Positions 1 through 10,244 are shown, counted from the first letter of the stretch. The stretch is DNA of 64,000 nucleotides from an uncultured Clostridia bacterium (GCA_944376195.1 CALWBW010000007.1:3230-67229), one strand, 5' to 3'. Program-made: numbers and translations. Notes: generated from the letters alone by a model not told the origin.

Positions 1-764
1 ATCAAACTGCGGATGACGCTGTATTTTTCAATATCCTCATCCACTCGGGCCTTACGGCGCATCCCCGCCGTATCAATAATAACATATTTGCCGTGCTCAT
101 TCTCGAAAGAACTGTCGATTGCATCGCGCGTCGTACCCGCAATATTGCTGACGATCACCCGCTCCTCACCCAAAATGCAGTTCACCAGCGAACTTTTGCC
201 GGAATTCGGTTTTCCGATCACCGCCACCTTGATTTCCTCCCCGCGTTCTTCCTCGTCCTCCTCGGGGGGAAAATGGGCAAAACAGGCGTCGAGCATATCG
301 CCGGTCCCATGGCCATGGAGCGCAGACAGCGCAATCGGCTCGCCCAGTCCCATTCCATAGAACTCATAAAAATCAGCCGGCGGTTCGCCCACGGTATCAA
401 TCTTGTTCACGCACAGCACAATCGGCTTTCCGCTGCGCTGGAGCATCACCGCCACATCGTCGTCCGCCGCCGTCACGCCGGACTTGATATCCGTAATAAA
501 AACAATGACATCCGCGCTTTCAATGGCCAAATTAGCCTGCCGGCGCATAAATTTCAACATTTCATCCCCGGTATGCGGTTCGATGCCGCCCGTGTCAATC
601 ACGATGAAATCCCGGCCGCGCCAATTGCTTTCGCCATAAATTCTATCCCGCGTGACGCCCGGCTGATCGTCCACAATGGACATCTTGCGTCCCGTGAGCC
701 TGTTAAAGAGGAGGGACTTGCCCACATTGGGACGTCCCACAATTGCAACGATTGGTTTTGCCAT
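1..764 (-). CDS. der: GTPase Der/EngA, N-terminal ~254 codons (3' end lies beyond the left edge)
   Basis: Reverse translation from ATG (cat at 762-764) reads [23 protein letters not shown]...[10 protein letters not shown] second G domain follows: [20 protein letters not shown]...[10 protein letters not shown]. Tandem GTPase domains are diagnostic of Der. Absent from the ORF track because it runs off the edge. Confidence 0.9.
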   Translation of the reverse strand, partial: MAKPIVAIVGRPNVGKSLLFNRLTGRKMSIVDDQPGVTRDRIYGESNWRGRDFIVIDTGGIEPHTGDEMLKFMRRQANLAIESADVIVFITDIKSGVTAADDDVAVMLQRSGKPIVLCVNKIDTVGEPPADFYEFYGMGLGEPIALSALHGHGTGDMLDACFAHFPPEEDEEERGEEIKVAVIGKPNSGKSSLVNCILGEERVIVSNIAGTTRDAIDSSFENEHGKYVIIDTAGMRRKARVDEDIEKYSVIRSL

Positions 765-837
765 ATGCCGCCGCCCGTTATCCGGGCACTCCCTTCTCAA
801 ATCCATTTTTCAACATCTCAATCTTCCGACGTGCGAA

Positions 838-2148
838 TCACAGCGACGCGAAAACCGCCTCTGCAAACGAACGGCCATCCGTCTTCACCGGAATTACCGG
901 CACGCCGAGCGCCGCCGAAAGGTCGTCCACCGTCATATCGTCCAGGAAAACGCGCTCGCCATACTTCAGCATCACCTCCGGAATCAACACCCGTCTGCCC
1001 AGCGGCTTCCCGCGGAGTGTTTCCAGAAGGTCCCGGCCCGTCACCAGGCCGGCTACCGTGATCTGGCTGCCGAAAAACCGGTTTTCCACTGCATAAACCG
1101 GACACGCACATTCGTAATTATTATCGCACGAATCCAGCAAAAGCGCAACCATTTTGCGCATAAAACTTTCCGCCGCAATCCCCGTCGCCAGGGAAAAAGG
1201 CACAATTTCCGCCCCGTGCGGAACCTCTGCGGCTGCTTCCCGCACTTCGTCCTCAAAAGACGCCATCAGCCCCACACCGTTTTCAATCTGGGGAAAATCC
1301 TCGTAATAATCAACTGCCGGAATCGGGAGCCCGGCCTTCAAATAAAATTCGTCCGCGCAATAGATCACCCGCGTTCCGTAGCGTTCCAGGCACATTTCGC
1401 CAAACCGGTCTGCCGTTTCTATGATTTCCCGTGCCTTTTCCGCGTCAACCGGACGCAGGGGGCAAAGCCCCTCCCGGTGGTCGGACAGCCCCACCGGCAC
1501 AATCGAAACGCTGGGAACAGCCGGGAACAGCAAAATCAAATCATGCAGCGTCTTTTCCAAAAGTACTCCGTCATTGTACCCCGGGCAGAGAACAATCTGG
1601 CAGTTCATTTGAATCCGATACTCCGCAAGCCGGCGCATCACGGCAAGGCACTCGCCCGCGCGGGGATTGCGCAGCATACGCACCCGTGCTTCCGGATCCG
1701 TCACATGGACGCTGACGTTCACCGGGCTGATACGCATTTCACAGATCCGGTCCAGATCGTGCGCCGTCAGGTTGGTCAAGCTGATATAGTTTCCCATCAG
1801 AAACGACATCCGCACATCGTCATCCTTAAAATAAAGCGTTTCGCGCATTCCTTTGGGAAGCTGGTCGATAAAACAGAAGACGCAGTGATTGGCGCAATGC
1901 CGCGCCTTGTCCATCAGGTAATCCTCAAACTCGATCCCCAGTTCCTCGCCTTCTTCTTTCCGTATCCGCACGGTATGTTCCCGCCCGTCCGGCCGCAGCA
2001 CACGAACGCGCAAATGCGCGTCATACGTATAATATTTGAGGTCGATCACGTCATGAATCTCATGTCCATCTATCGACACGATTTCATCCCCCACGCACAG
2101 CTTGGCGCGCGCTGCGGGGCTTCCCTCTTCTATTTTACAAATTTTCAA
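838..2148 (-). CDS. DUF512-type radical-SAM protein with N-terminal PDZ domain
   Basis: 436-aa ORF. PDZ-like N-terminus (GSPAARAKLCVGDEIVSIDGHEI). CxxxCxxC cluster (CANHCVFC). Sits immediately upstream of der, as is typical in Clostridia. Confidence 0.8.
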   Translation of the reverse strand: MKICKIEEGSPAARAKLCVGDEIVSIDGHEIHDVIDLKYYTYDAHLRVRVLRPDGREHTVRIRKEEGEELGIEFEDYLMDKARHCANHCVFCFIDQLPKGMRETLYFKDDDVRMSFLMGNYISLTNLTAHDLDRICEMRISPVNVSVHVTDPEARVRMLRNPRAGECLAVMRRLAEYRIQMNCQIVLCPGYNDGVLLEKTLHDLILLFPAVPSVSIVPVGLSDHREGLCPLRPVDAEKAREIIETADRFGEMCLERYGTRVIYCADEFYLKAGLPIPAVDYYEDFPQIENGVGLMASFEDEVREAAAEVPHGAEIVPFSLATGIAAESFMRKMVALLLDSCDNNYECACPVYAVENRFFGSQITVAGLVTGRDLLETLRGKPLGRRVLIPEVMLKYGERVFLDDMTVDDLSAALGVPVIPVKTDGRSFAEAVFASL

Positions 2149-2188
2149 ACGTGTTTGCCTCCCTTCTCCTTTAAGCCGGACAAGACAT

Positions 2189-2217
2189 AAAAAAACGGGA
2201 AGGCTGACCGCCTTCCC
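2189..2217 (-). terminator. Intrinsic terminator after rpmF
   Basis: On the minus strand: GGGAAGGC-ggtca-GCCTTCCC followed by a T-run (A-run 2189-2195 on plus). Confidence 0.6.
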
Positions 2218-2228
2218 CTTCTTTGCAG

Positions 2229-2420
2229 TTATTTTGCTGCCTCGGCTACCTTCACGACCTCACGGCCATTGTAGTAACCGCAAGCCTTGCACATCCTGTG
2301 GGACAGAACGGCCTGGCCGCAATTCGGGCACTTGACAAGACCCGGCATCTCGAGCTTCCAATGCGCGCTGCGACGCTTGTCTCTCCTCGTTTTCGATACT
2401 CTTCTCTTAGGCTCAGCCAT
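2229..2420 (-). CDS. rpmF: 50S ribosomal protein L32
   Basis: [23 protein letters not shown]...[24 protein letters not shown] lies 8 nt upstream of the ATG at 2420. The track start at 2429 is a GTG inside the RBS. Confidence 0.93.
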   Translation of the reverse strand: MAEPKRRVSKTRRDKRRSAHWKLEMPGLVKCPNCGQAVLSHRMCKACGYYNGREVVKVAEAAK

Positions 2421-2492
2421 GTATGACACCTCCTTGGCAAATCATCAAAAGGGGTTTTTCGCGCTATATATCCAGTTAAACAGGATCAAAAA

Positions 2493-2996
2493 TTACGCAT
2501 CGCGCCGGAACAGATCCGCCAGCGCAGCAAACCGTTCATCCACTTCAGGCGGACAATTACAGGGGCCTTCATTTAGATCCGCCCCGCAGCGGGGACAAAG
2601 GCCCTTGCAGTCTTCCCGGCAGAGAACACTCATCTGCGCTTCTAACACAATGGTCTCCCGCGCAACCTCGTCCAGATCCACCGTCCCGTTTTCCAGCACC
2701 AGGATCTCGTCGCTGTCCTCTTCCTTTTCCACGCTGTCCGCCATGGGACGCTCCACAAAAAGCGTGACAGGCAGATCAAGCGGCTTCAGGCAACGCGCGC
2801 AGCGCGTCACTACATGAAAGGAAAGCTCCATGTGCAACAAAAGCAAATCTGCACGGTTCTGCGCAAAGCCCGACACCCGAACAGGCGACGGAATGGGATA
2901 TTCCCCATAAAGCTCAAGCCCCGACAAATCCAGCTCATAATCGAAAGGGATCGCCTCCCCGGATACCGCCCGGATCGGCATGATATCCAGCCGCAT
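2493..2996 (-). CDS. yceD: YceD/DUF177 family protein (large-subunit rRNA accumulation protein)
   Basis: 167 aa, acidic. C-terminal Cys cluster CREDCKGLCPRCGADLNEGPCNC. Conserved position directly upstream of rpmF. Confidence 0.85.
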   Translation of the reverse strand: MRLDIMPIRAVSGEAIPFDYELDLSGLELYGEYPIPSPVRVSGFAQNRADLLLLHMELSFHVVTRCARCLKPLDLPVTLFVERPMADSVEKEEDSDEILVLENGTVDLDEVARETIVLEAQMSVLCREDCKGLCPRCGADLNEGPCNCPPEVDERFAALADLFRRDA

Positions 2997-3024
2997 AATT
3001 CACCTCTCAAAGCGCTACCTAAGC

Positions 3025-3053
3025 ATTATAACGCAAGGTTACCCGTTTGTCAA
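3025..3053 (-). promoter_or_regulatory. Sigma-A-type promoter for yceD-rpmF
   Basis: Minus strand reads TTGACA-17 nt-TATAAT (tgtcaa 3048-3053, attata 3025-3030 on plus). Confidence 0.6.
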
Positions 3054-3172
3054 TGCTTATTTCCACCGTTTCCCCGGTTTTTCAAGGCCTTTTCCGGGAA
3101 AATCCGCACAAATTTATACGGCGGCGCCCGTCGCAACACGGATTACCTCCCTGCGCCGAACGGATTTGCGAG

Positions 3173-3206
3173 AAAAAACCGCGCACCTTTTTGCGGATGC
3201 GCGGTT
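3173..3206 (-). terminator. Intrinsic terminator downstream of tRNA-Gln
   Basis: Minus strand: AACCGCGCA-loop-TGCGCGGTT followed by TTTTTT. Confidence 0.55.
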
Positions 3207-3231
3207 CCCACCAGCCGCTTACACGGCTTCT

Positions 3232-3305
3232 TGGCTGCGTGACTAGGATTCGAACCCAGACAAACTGATCCAGAGTCAGTTGTGCTACCCTTACACAATC
3301 ACGCA
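3232..3305 (-). tRNA. tRNA-Gln (anticodon CUG)
   Basis: 74-nt cloverleaf folded by hand. Acceptor TGCGTGA/TCACGCA (U1-A72), G73, encoded CCA. Anticodon stem ACTGA/TCAGT with loop CTCTGGA. T-arm CTGGG-TTCGAAT-CCTAG. Confidence 0.9.
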
Positions 3306-3317
3306 ATGGCAAAAGTA

Positions 3318-3346
3318 ATTATACTGTCGTCTTTTCATTTTGTCAA
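3318..3346 (-). promoter_or_regulatory. Sigma-A-type promoter for tRNA-Gln
   Basis: Minus strand TTGACA-17 nt-TATAAT. The -10 ends 12 nt before the mature tRNA 5' end. Confidence 0.6.
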
Positions 3347-3399
3347 GGGGGTTTTCAAAAAATTCTTGAATTTTTCGTTTTTTCTCTTGGAAATATTGC

Positions 3400-3428
3400 T
3401 TGCATTTTTCAAAGAGTTGTGTTATGAT
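3400..3428 (+). promoter_or_regulatory. Sigma-A-type promoter for rpmB (divergent from the tRNA-Gln promoter)
   Basis: TTGCAT (3400-3405)-17 nt-TATGAT (3423-3428). Confidence 0.55.
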
Positions 3429-3568
3429 AAAAAGCACTGTGGATATGAAGAGCTGTTTGAATACCGTTTTTCACGTTTTCAAACTGGCTTTTTCCCGCAA
3501 AAAAGAGCTCGTTCGTGTCTTTATACATGAAGGAAGCAATGGAAACCCACCAAGTAGGAGGTGTCATC

Positions 3569-3757
3569 ATGGCAAAGTGCCAGTTTTGCGGCAAGGGCGT
3601 AACCTTTGGCATCACCGTGTCGCACTCGCACATCCGCACCAACCGCACCTTCAAACCGAATGTCAAGCGTGTCAAGGCTCTTGTAAACGGTACGCCGAAG
3701 CATGTTTACGTCTGCACCAGATGCCTGCGTTCGGGTAAGGTTCAGCGCGCGGTCTAA
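3569..3757 (+). CDS. rpmB: 50S ribosomal protein L28
   Basis: MAKCQFCGKGVTFGITVSHSHIRTNRTFKPNVKRV... GGAGG lies upstream of the ATG at 3569. The track ORF begins further upstream at 3515. Confidence 0.93.
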   Translation: MAKCQFCGKGVTFGITVSHSHIRTNRTFKPNVKRVKALVNGTPKHVYVCTRCLRSGKVQRAV

Positions 3758-3891
3758 AGACAGCGGAAAAGCCGATTGTTCCGGCGGTCGGGGTAAAAGT
3801 GAGCCGGAAGACAAGACGGATAGTCCTCTGCCGTAAGACGCCCGCAGGCGGGCGCGGGTACGAATGTCTGAGATGAAGGGAGGAAACACCT

Positions 3892-4230
3892 GTGGATTTG
3901 ATTAAAGCCATGACACAAAGTCAGCTCAAGGAAATTCCGGAAATCTGCATTGGCGACACGCTTCGCATTCATAATAAGATTAAGGAAGGTTCCCGCGAAA
4001 GAATCCAGCTCTTTGAAGGCACGCTCATTGCAAGAAAGCATGGCGGCATCAGCGAGACCATCACGCTTCGCCGTATGTCTTACGGAATCGGTGTCGAGAA
4101 AACGTTCCCGCTCCATTCCCCCAACATTGCCAAGATTGAGGTTGTTCGCCGCGGTAAAGTCCGTCGTGCGAAACTCTACTATCTGCGTGGCAGGGTCGGT
4201 AAAGCGGCAAAGGTCAAACAGGATATCTAA
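3892..4230 (+). CDS. rplS: 50S ribosomal protein L19
   Basis: GTG start preceded by GAAGGGAGG. Sequence [51 protein letters not shown] is typical L19. Confidence 0.93.
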   Translation: MDLIKAMTQSQLKEIPEICIGDTLRIHNKIKEGSRERIQLFEGTLIARKHGGISETITLRRMSYGIGVEKTFPLHSPNIAKIEVVRRGKVRRAKLYYLRGRVGKAAKVKQDI

Positions 4231-4294
4231 CTCAACCGGGTTTGAGCATTGGAGGGGGGCGGAAGCCTCCCTCTGTTGCATTTGGAGGAATTTG

Positions 4295-5032
4295 ATGAAA
4301 CAGGACGAAAACCACGGTTTCTCCCCCGGGGATAACCGCGAACCCGAACCGTCCGTGTCCTCCCATATGGCGGAGGACGGGCGTGAAATTCTTGAAGCCG
4401 AACACCGTCTGCCGGACCGGAATGAACCCGTCGGAGAAGAAAACCCGACGCCGTCTCCCCAGGGGGAACCGGAAGACCGGCTTCCGCCGGAGGAAGGAAA
4501 AAAGCCTTTTGATATTCGCCGCGAACTGTTTGATTGGTCGGAGTCCTTTGTAACGGCCATTTTAATCATCGTGGTGCTGTTTGCGTTTTTTGTACGGTCG
4601 ATCGGCGTCGATGGTTCCAGTATGATCGACACCCTGCACGACGGCGACTATCTCATCGTCAGCAACCTGTTCTATGACCCCCAGCCGGGGGACATCGTCG
4701 TACTCACCAAGAAAACGTTTATGACGGATTCCATCGTCAAACGGATTATCGCCGTGGGCGGTCAGACGATTGACATGGACTTTGAAACCGGGGAAGTCTG
4801 GGTGGACGGAGAATTGCTGGACGAACCCTATGTGCACGAACAGATGTGGAAGCACGAGGACATGACATTTCCCGCGACTGTGCCGGAGGGCTGCGTGTTT
4901 GTCATGGGCGATAATCGGAACGGTTCGACCGACAGCCGCAATGCCCTGCTCGGTATGGTGGACGAACGGTACATTGTCGGGCATGTGCTTTTCCGGATCT
5001 GGCCGCTGAACGCCTTTGGCACAGTAGACTGA
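4295..5032 (+). CDS. lepB: Signal peptidase I
   Basis: Ser box [10 protein letters not shown], Lys box [10 protein letters not shown], and [14 protein letters not shown] at 4295 follows GGAGGA. The longer track ORF (from 3950) overlaps rplS and is rejected. Confidence 0.88.
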   Translation: MKQDENHGFSPGDNREPEPSVSSHMAEDGREILEAEHRLPDRNEPVGEENPTPSPQGEPEDRLPPEEGKKPFDIRRELFDWSESFVTAILIIVVLFAFFVRSIGVDGSSMIDTLHDGDYLIVSNLFYDPQPGDIVVLTKKTFMTDSIVKRIIAVGGQTIDMDFETGEVWVDGELLDEPYVHEQMWKHEDMTFPATVPEGCVFVMGDNRNGSTDSRNALLGMVDERYIVGHVLFRIWPLNAFGTVD

Positions 5033-5057
5033 ACCAAAACGAGGGAATGGAGTTTTC

Positions 5058-5921
5058 ATGGATATTCAGTGGTATCCCGGCCACATGACAAAGACCCGGC
5101 GCATGTTGGAGGCGGAACTGGCTTCCGTGGACGCGGTATGCGAGGTCGTGGACGCGCGGATTCCCGCCGCAAGCCGCAATCCGGATATCGACGCCATCGC
5201 GGGACGGTTGCCGCGTCTCATTGCGCTCAACCGCGTCGACCAGGCTGATCCCGCAGCCACGGCGCGTTGGCGCGCCTGGCTTGAAGGGAAAGGATACCGT
5301 GTCATCGAGACGGACGGAAAGTCCGGCGCCGGCGTCCGGGCCTTTGAACCGGCCGCCCGCGCTCTGCTTGCGGAAAAATTGGCGCGGTATGCCGCCCGCG
5401 GGCAGAACCGGGTAATGAAGCTCATGATTGTCGGCGTACCGAACGTCGGCAAATCCTCGCTCATCAATCGGCTGTCCGGGAAAAAGTCCGCCAAAACGGA
5501 GGATCGCCCCGGCGTCACGCGCTCCAAGCAGTGGATTCCCGTCTCGGATCACATTCTGCTGCTTGACACGCCCGGCATTCTCTGGCCCAAATTTGAAGAT
5601 GAAAAAACCGGGCTATTCCTCGCCTTTACAGGCGCTGTTCGGGATGATATTATGGACATGGAAACGCTTGCCTGGCATTTCATGCAAACGCTTACCCGTG
5701 TCGCGCCGCAGGCAATTTCCTCCCGTTACGGCATTCAGCTTTCCGGCGATGCCTGGGAAGATGTGCAGGCCTGTGCGCGGAAACGCGGATTCCTCATTTC
5801 CGGCGGTGAAGCAGACACAGAACGCATGTCCCGCGTACTGCTGGACGAATATCGGGCCGGAAAATTGGGCCGCATTACACTGGAATTTCCGGAGGACGTC
5901 CATGAAAGCAGCGCAGACTGA
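5058..5921 (+). CDS. rbgA: Ribosome biogenesis GTPase A (YlqF/RbgA)
   Basis: [13 protein letters not shown] start. Circularly permuted G motifs (LNRVD..., then [24 protein letters not shown]). Confidence 0.9.
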   Translation: MDIQWYPGHMTKTRRMLEAELASVDAVCEVVDARIPAASRNPDIDAIAGRLPRLIALNRVDQADPAATARWRAWLEGKGYRVIETDGKSGAGVRAFEPAARALLAEKLARYAARGQNRVMKLMIVGVPNVGKSSLINRLSGKKSAKTEDRPGVTRSKQWIPVSDHILLLDTPGILWPKFEDEKTGLFLAFTGAVRDDIMDMETLAWHFMQTLTRVAPQAISSRYGIQLSGDAWEDVQACARKRGFLISGGEADTERMSRVLLDEYRAGKLGRITLEFPEDVHESSAD

Positions 5922-6519
5922 CCTTTGGATATGGGAACGCGAGGCGAAAGCCGAGGGGTTTTCCGTCATTTGCGGCGTAGACGAGGCAGGACGCGGCCCG
6001 CTTGCGGGACCGGTTTATGCTGCGGCGGTGATTCTGCCCTTTGGCGAGGAAATTGCGGGGTTAAACGATTCCAAAAAGCTCTCAGAACGTCAGCGGGAAT
6101 CCCTATATGAAGAAATCCACGCCCGGGCACTTGCCTATGCCACGGCATCGGCAGACGAACACGAGATCGATGAACTGAATATTTTAAACGCCGCGCTGCT
6201 TGCCATGCGCCGCGCGGTCGCAGCACTATCCCTGCGTCCGGAACTGGTGCTGGTAGACGGCAACAGAGACCCGGGATTCCCGGACGTCTCCGCGCGTACC
6301 CTGGTAAAGGGAGATGCGCGTTCGGCCTCTATTGCCGCGGCATCCATTTTGGCAAAAGTGGAACGAGACCGGTTCATGCTGCAAATGGCGCAGCGCTATC
6401 CGGAGTATCAATTTGCGCGCCACAAGGGATATCCCACGGCGCTTCACTACGAACTTTTGGAAAAATACGGTCCCTGCCCTATCCATCGCCGCAGTTTCCG
6501 CCTGGAAAAACGCCGATGA
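5902..6519 (+). CDS. rnhB: Ribonuclease HII
   Basis: [41 protein letters not shown] at 5902 is in frame with track ORF 5428..6519 and overlaps the rbgA end by 20 nt. Confidence 0.92.
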   Translation: MKAAQTDLWIWEREAKAEGFSVICGVDEAGRGPLAGPVYAAAVILPFGEEIAGLNDSKKLSERQRESLYEEIHARALAYATASADEHEIDELNILNAALLAMRRAVAALSLRPELVLVDGNRDPGFPDVSARTLVKGDARSASIAAASILAKVERDRFMLQMAQRYPEYQFARHKGYPTALHYELLEKYGPCPIHRRSFRLEKRR

Positions 6520-6887
6520 AAAACAGGGAAACCGGGCGTTTCGGCGAAAACGAAGCGTGCCGTTATCTCATGGAAAAAGGATATGAGATCATCGCGCGGA
6601 ATTACCGCTCCCGTTTCGGGGAGATCGACTTGATTGCGCGCCGCGACGGTACCGTCGTCTTCGTCGAAGTCAAGACCCGCAGGGACAGTGCATTTGCAGA
6701 GGCCGCACAGGCCGTAGGGCCGGCCAAACAGGAAAAATTGCGGAAAACCGCGCTGATGTGGCTCTCGGAACAGGGAGAACAGCCCGCGCGTTTTGACGTG
6801 ATTGAAGTCTATACGGGCGTTCCGCGCAGAACCGCATGGGGAGAGACATACCGCCCGCAGATTCGTCATATGGAAAATGCGTTTTAA
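6516..6887 (+). CDS. yraN: YraN family (UPF0102) endonuclease-like protein
   Basis: 123 aa. GENEACRYLMEKGYEIIARNYR..GEIDLIA...VVFVEVKTR. Conserved rnhB-yraN order, with an ATGA overlap with rnhB. Confidence 0.85.
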   Translation: MKNRETGRFGENEACRYLMEKGYEIIARNYRSRFGEIDLIARRDGTVVFVEVKTRRDSAFAEAAQAVGPAKQEKLRKTALMWLSEQGEQPARFDVIEVYTGVPRRTAWGETYRPQIRHMENAF

Positions 6888-6912
6888 CCAGGCAACGGGA
6901 AAGGAAGGATTT

Positions 6913-7902
6913 ATGCTTCCCTATTTTGACGCGCACTGTGATACCATTGCCGCCATAGCCCATCTCGGCGGCGAACTTTTGCACAATGACTACCATGTCG
7001 ACCTGACGCGGTTGGAAACTTACGCGCCGCGTGCACAGGTATTCGCGCTTTTCGGCAATATCGGCGCGCAGGTGCAGGCCACGTGCAAAACCGAACAGGA
7101 GTTTGTAGACCGCGTCCGTGCCGGAGAAGTGCGGCCGGACGAAAGCGCCGCGGCGCTTTATCAAACGCTTCTTCATACCTTCCGTGTCTGTATGGCGGAA
7201 AACGACGAACGCGTCCTCCACTGCCGGACGGCAGCGGATCTCGACCGCGCCGCGCGCGAGGGAAAAACCGCCGTTCTGCTCGCCGTGGAGGGATCAGAGC
7301 TGCTCTATGGGCTGACGCCCGAGGACGCATACGAAGACGGCGTGCGTATTGTCACGCTTACCTGGAATTATGCAAACGATTTTGGGGGAAGCTGTGTTAC
7401 AGGCGGCGGATTGACCGCAAAAGGCCGTGAATTTGTCCGGCGTGCGGGAGAATTGGGCATCGTCATTGATGTGTCGCACGGTTCCGACGAACTCTTTTTC
7501 GACGTGGCGGAAGCCGCAGGCGGGCCTTTTATCGCGAGCCACTCCAATTCCCGCGCCGTGCACCCGCACCGCAGGAATCTGACGGACGAACAGTTCCGCA
7601 TACTTGTACAAAAGGGCGGCGTCGCCGGTATCAATCTGTATGCGGAATTTCTTACGGCAGGAACTTGCCGGATTTCGGACGTTGTCCGCCATATGGAACA
7701 TTTTCTCAGCTTAGGCGGTGAACACGCGCTATGTTTGGGCGGCGATTTAGATGGTTGCCGCGACCTGCCGGAGGGGATCTCCGGCGTACAGGATGTCCGG
7801 CTGCTTGCCGACGAACTGGCCCGGCTTGGGTACTCGGACAGCCTGATAGCCGATATTTTTTATAATAACCTGTCCCGCGTCCTGCACGAGGTGATAGGCT
7901 GA
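6913..7902 (+). CDS. Membrane-dipeptidase family (peptidase M19) protein
   Basis: FDAHCDT, VIDVSHGS, IASHSNSRAV..HRRNLTDEQ. ATG at 6913 follows AAGGAAGGA. Confidence 0.85.
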   Translation: MLPYFDAHCDTIAAIAHLGGELLHNDYHVDLTRLETYAPRAQVFALFGNIGAQVQATCKTEQEFVDRVRAGEVRPDESAAALYQTLLHTFRVCMAENDERVLHCRTAADLDRAAREGKTAVLLAVEGSELLYGLTPEDAYEDGVRIVTLTWNYANDFGGSCVTGGGLTAKGREFVRRAGELGIVIDVSHGSDELFFDVAEAAGGPFIASHSNSRAVHPHRRNLTDEQFRILVQKGGVAGINLYAEFLTAGTCRISDVVRHMEHFLSLGGEHALCLGGDLDGCRDLPEGISGVQDVRLLADELARLGYSDSLIADIFYNNLSRVLHEVIG

Positions 7903-7917
7903 TAAGGTGGGATCTAT

Positions 7918-9414
7918 ATGAATTACACAAGTACTCGCAGCGCCATGATCGCTTCCTCCGCACAGGCCATTGCTTCCGGGATCGCGCCGGACGGCGGACT
8001 TTTTACTCCGACCAGCGTTCCGGCACTGACGGAGGCCGACCTGGTAAGTTTTCAGAAACTCCCGTATTCTGAGCTTGCCGCGGAAGTTCTTTCGCGTTTC
8101 ATGGACGATTTTACAAAAGAGGAACTGTTGTCCTATGCCCAGGCGGCTTATGACACAGGGCGTTTTCTGCGTCCCGGTACGGACAGCCGCGAAGCCGCCG
8201 GTCTTGTAGAACTGAACCAGGGCGAAGAGCTTTTGGAACTTTTCTATGGCCCGACTGCCGCGTTTAAGGATATGGCGCTTCAGATCATGCCGCGCCTTTT
8301 GACCGCGTCGCTGAAAAAGCTGGGAGAACAGCGCAGCGTATGCATCCTGGTGGCCACGTCCGGCGATACCGGGAAGGCAGCGCTCGAGGGGTTCCGTGAT
8401 GTGGAAGGCACGCGGATCGGCGTCTATTTCCCGGATGGCGGCGTCAGTGAAATTCAGCGCATGCAAATGGAAACCCAGGAAGGCGGCAATGTCGCAGTCT
8501 GGGCTGTGCGCGGGAATTTTGACGATTGCCAGACCGGCGTCAAAAAGATTTTTGCCAGCGAGGAGGCAAACCGCGCCATTGGCGACGCGGGAATCTTGCT
8601 TTCCTCCGCCAATTCCATCAACTGGGGGCGGCTTGCCCCGCAAATCGTCTATTATATCTGGGCCTACCTGCGGCTCTGCGAACGCGGAACCATTCGCATG
8701 GGCGACCCCGTTAACGTCTGCGTGCCGACTGGAAATTTTGGCAATATCCTGGCGGCCTACCTGGCGCGCCGGATGGGGTTGCCGTTTGCACGGCTGATCT
8801 GCGCGTCAAACGCCAATAACGTTTTGACGGACTTCATCAAAACCGGCGTTTACGACCGCAACCGCGACTTCCACCGTACGCTTTCCCCGTCGATGGATAT
8901 CCTGATTTCCTCCAACGTGGAACGTCTGCTCTACTACCTTTCAAACGGCAATTGCGCTTACGTCGCCGGAAAAATGCGTGAATTGGCCGAAACCGGCCGC
9001 TATACGCTGGAAGGCCGCGTCCTCGCCGAATTGCAGAGCGTCTTTACGGCTGGTTTCTGCGATGACGAGGCAACTGCACACACCATTCGAGAAGTCTGGG
9101 AAGGCAACCACCATCTCATCGATACGCATACTGCGGTCGGCGTGCGCGTTCTGCGCGACATGGCGCCCGGCGGCGTGACAATTCTGGCTTCCACCGCGTC
9201 TGCCTACAAGTTTGCCGACGGCGTCCTAGCGGCGCTTGACGGCGAGCATTACGACGGGTTTGACGCAATCGACCGTCTGGCCTACCTGACGGGTTCTCCC
9301 GTCCCCCTGCCGCTGGAATCCCTGCGCGGCAGCGCCGTCCGTTTCGATACGGTGATCGACCGCAGCCGCATGGAATCTGTTGCGGTCAATTTCTGCCAGT
9401 TCTTTGATTTATAA
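7918..9414 (+). CDS. thrC: Threonine synthase (long form)
   Basis: 498 aa. MNYTSTRS start. PLP-lysine motif GPTAAFKDMALQ. SGDTGKAA, SSANSINWGRL. Confidence 0.9.
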   Translation: MNYTSTRSAMIASSAQAIASGIAPDGGLFTPTSVPALTEADLVSFQKLPYSELAAEVLSRFMDDFTKEELLSYAQAAYDTGRFLRPGTDSREAAGLVELNQGEELLELFYGPTAAFKDMALQIMPRLLTASLKKLGEQRSVCILVATSGDTGKAALEGFRDVEGTRIGVYFPDGGVSEIQRMQMETQEGGNVAVWAVRGNFDDCQTGVKKIFASEEANRAIGDAGILLSSANSINWGRLAPQIVYYIWAYLRLCERGTIRMGDPVNVCVPTGNFGNILAAYLARRMGLPFARLICASNANNVLTDFIKTGVYDRNRDFHRTLSPSMDILISSNVERLLYYLSNGNCAYVAGKMRELAETGRYTLEGRVLAELQSVFTAGFCDDEATAHTIREVWEGNHHLIDTHTAVGVRVLRDMAPGGVTILASTASAYKFADGVLAALDGEHYDGFDAIDRLAYLTGSPVPLPLESLRGSAVRFDTVIDRSRMESVAVNFCQFFDL

Positions 9415-9426
9415 GGAGCGCAGCGC

Positions 9427-10125
9427 GTGGCGTTATATACGATAGCGGACCTCCACCTTTCGCTCGGGACCGATAAACCCATGGATGTGTTCGGCGGATT
9501 CTGGCAGGGATATCAGGAAAAACTGGAAAAGAATTTTTCCTGCCTGTCGGACGAGGACACCCTGGTAATCCCGGGCGACCTCTCCTGGGGAATTGATCTG
9601 GAGGAAGCACTTCCCGATTTCCGTTTTCTTGACGCGCTCCCGGGCCGGAAACTGCTCGTGAAAGGCAACCACGACCTGTGGTGGGGAACCGTTGCCAAAA
9701 TGCGCCGGTTTTTCGCCGCAAATGCCATTACAAGCATTGAATTTCTGCATAACAACTATCATATGTATCACGATACGGCGCTTTGCGGCACGCGCGGCTG
9801 GTTTTTTGAGGAGGAGACCGGCGGCGCGCATGACGAAAAAATTATGAACCGAGAAATTGGAAGGTTAAAAACCTCCCTGGATGCGGCAAAAAACGCGGGG
9901 GCGGCGCGCATATACTGTTTCATGCACTACCCTCCGATTTTCGGAAAGTATGAATGCCCGCAGATTGTAAAAATGCTCGCAGAATACGGCGTTTCCCGAT
10001 GCTTTTACGGGCATTTGCATGCCCAGAGTCACAAAAGAGCATTTGAAGGACTGTACGGAGGCGTGGAGTATGTGCTTGTATCCGCGGATTATTTGAATTT
10101 TGCCCCTGTTTTGGTTATGAACTAA
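9427..10125 (+). CDS. Metallophosphoesterase family protein
   Basis: GTG start. DLHLS, VIPGDLSWG, VKGNHD, HYPP, GHLH metal-ligand motifs of calcineurin-like phosphoesterases. Confidence 0.75.
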   Translation: MALYTIADLHLSLGTDKPMDVFGGFWQGYQEKLEKNFSCLSDEDTLVIPGDLSWGIDLEEALPDFRFLDALPGRKLLVKGNHDLWWGTVAKMRRFFAANAITSIEFLHNNYHMYHDTALCGTRGWFFEEETGGAHDEKIMNREIGRLKTSLDAAKNAGAARIYCFMHYPPIFGKYECPQIVKMLAEYGVSRCFYGHLHAQSHKRAFEGLYGGVEYVLVSADYLNFAPVLVMN

Positions 10126-10133
10126 AAAAATAG

Positions 10134-10163
10134 TTGGCATAATCAAGAGAAATGTTGTATAAT
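10134..10163 (+). promoter_or_regulatory. Candidate sigma-A promoter for tig
   Basis: TTGGCA-18 nt-TATAAT. Confidence 0.45.
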
Positions 10164-10244
10164 AAAATTTAGCAGAAAACTGCGTAAAATGAAGTCCACC
10201 GGAAAGGAGTCGCACCGTCGCGCAGCGTTACGGTGCGGGATAGT

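Noticed and set aside
676-2190. 504-aa plus-strand ORF
   Set aside because: It is antisense to the DUF512 radical-SAM gene, which has clear motifs. Its translation is Arg/His/Pro-rich with no motif. It is a typical stop-poor antisense frame of a GC-rich gene.
3950-4294. N-terminal extensions of track ORFs. This one extends lepB into rplS. Likewise 5428-5901 for rnhB, 6802-6912 for the dipeptidase, 16796-16978 for MoxR, 34081-34398 for trpA, 36811-36942 for trpF, 21777-22013 for the ADH, and 58012-58185 for the 122-aa ORF
   Set aside because: The extensions overlap the preceding gene or cross promoter regions. They have non-protein-like composition. Internal start codons with good Shine-Dalgarno sequences coincide with the beginning of family homology.
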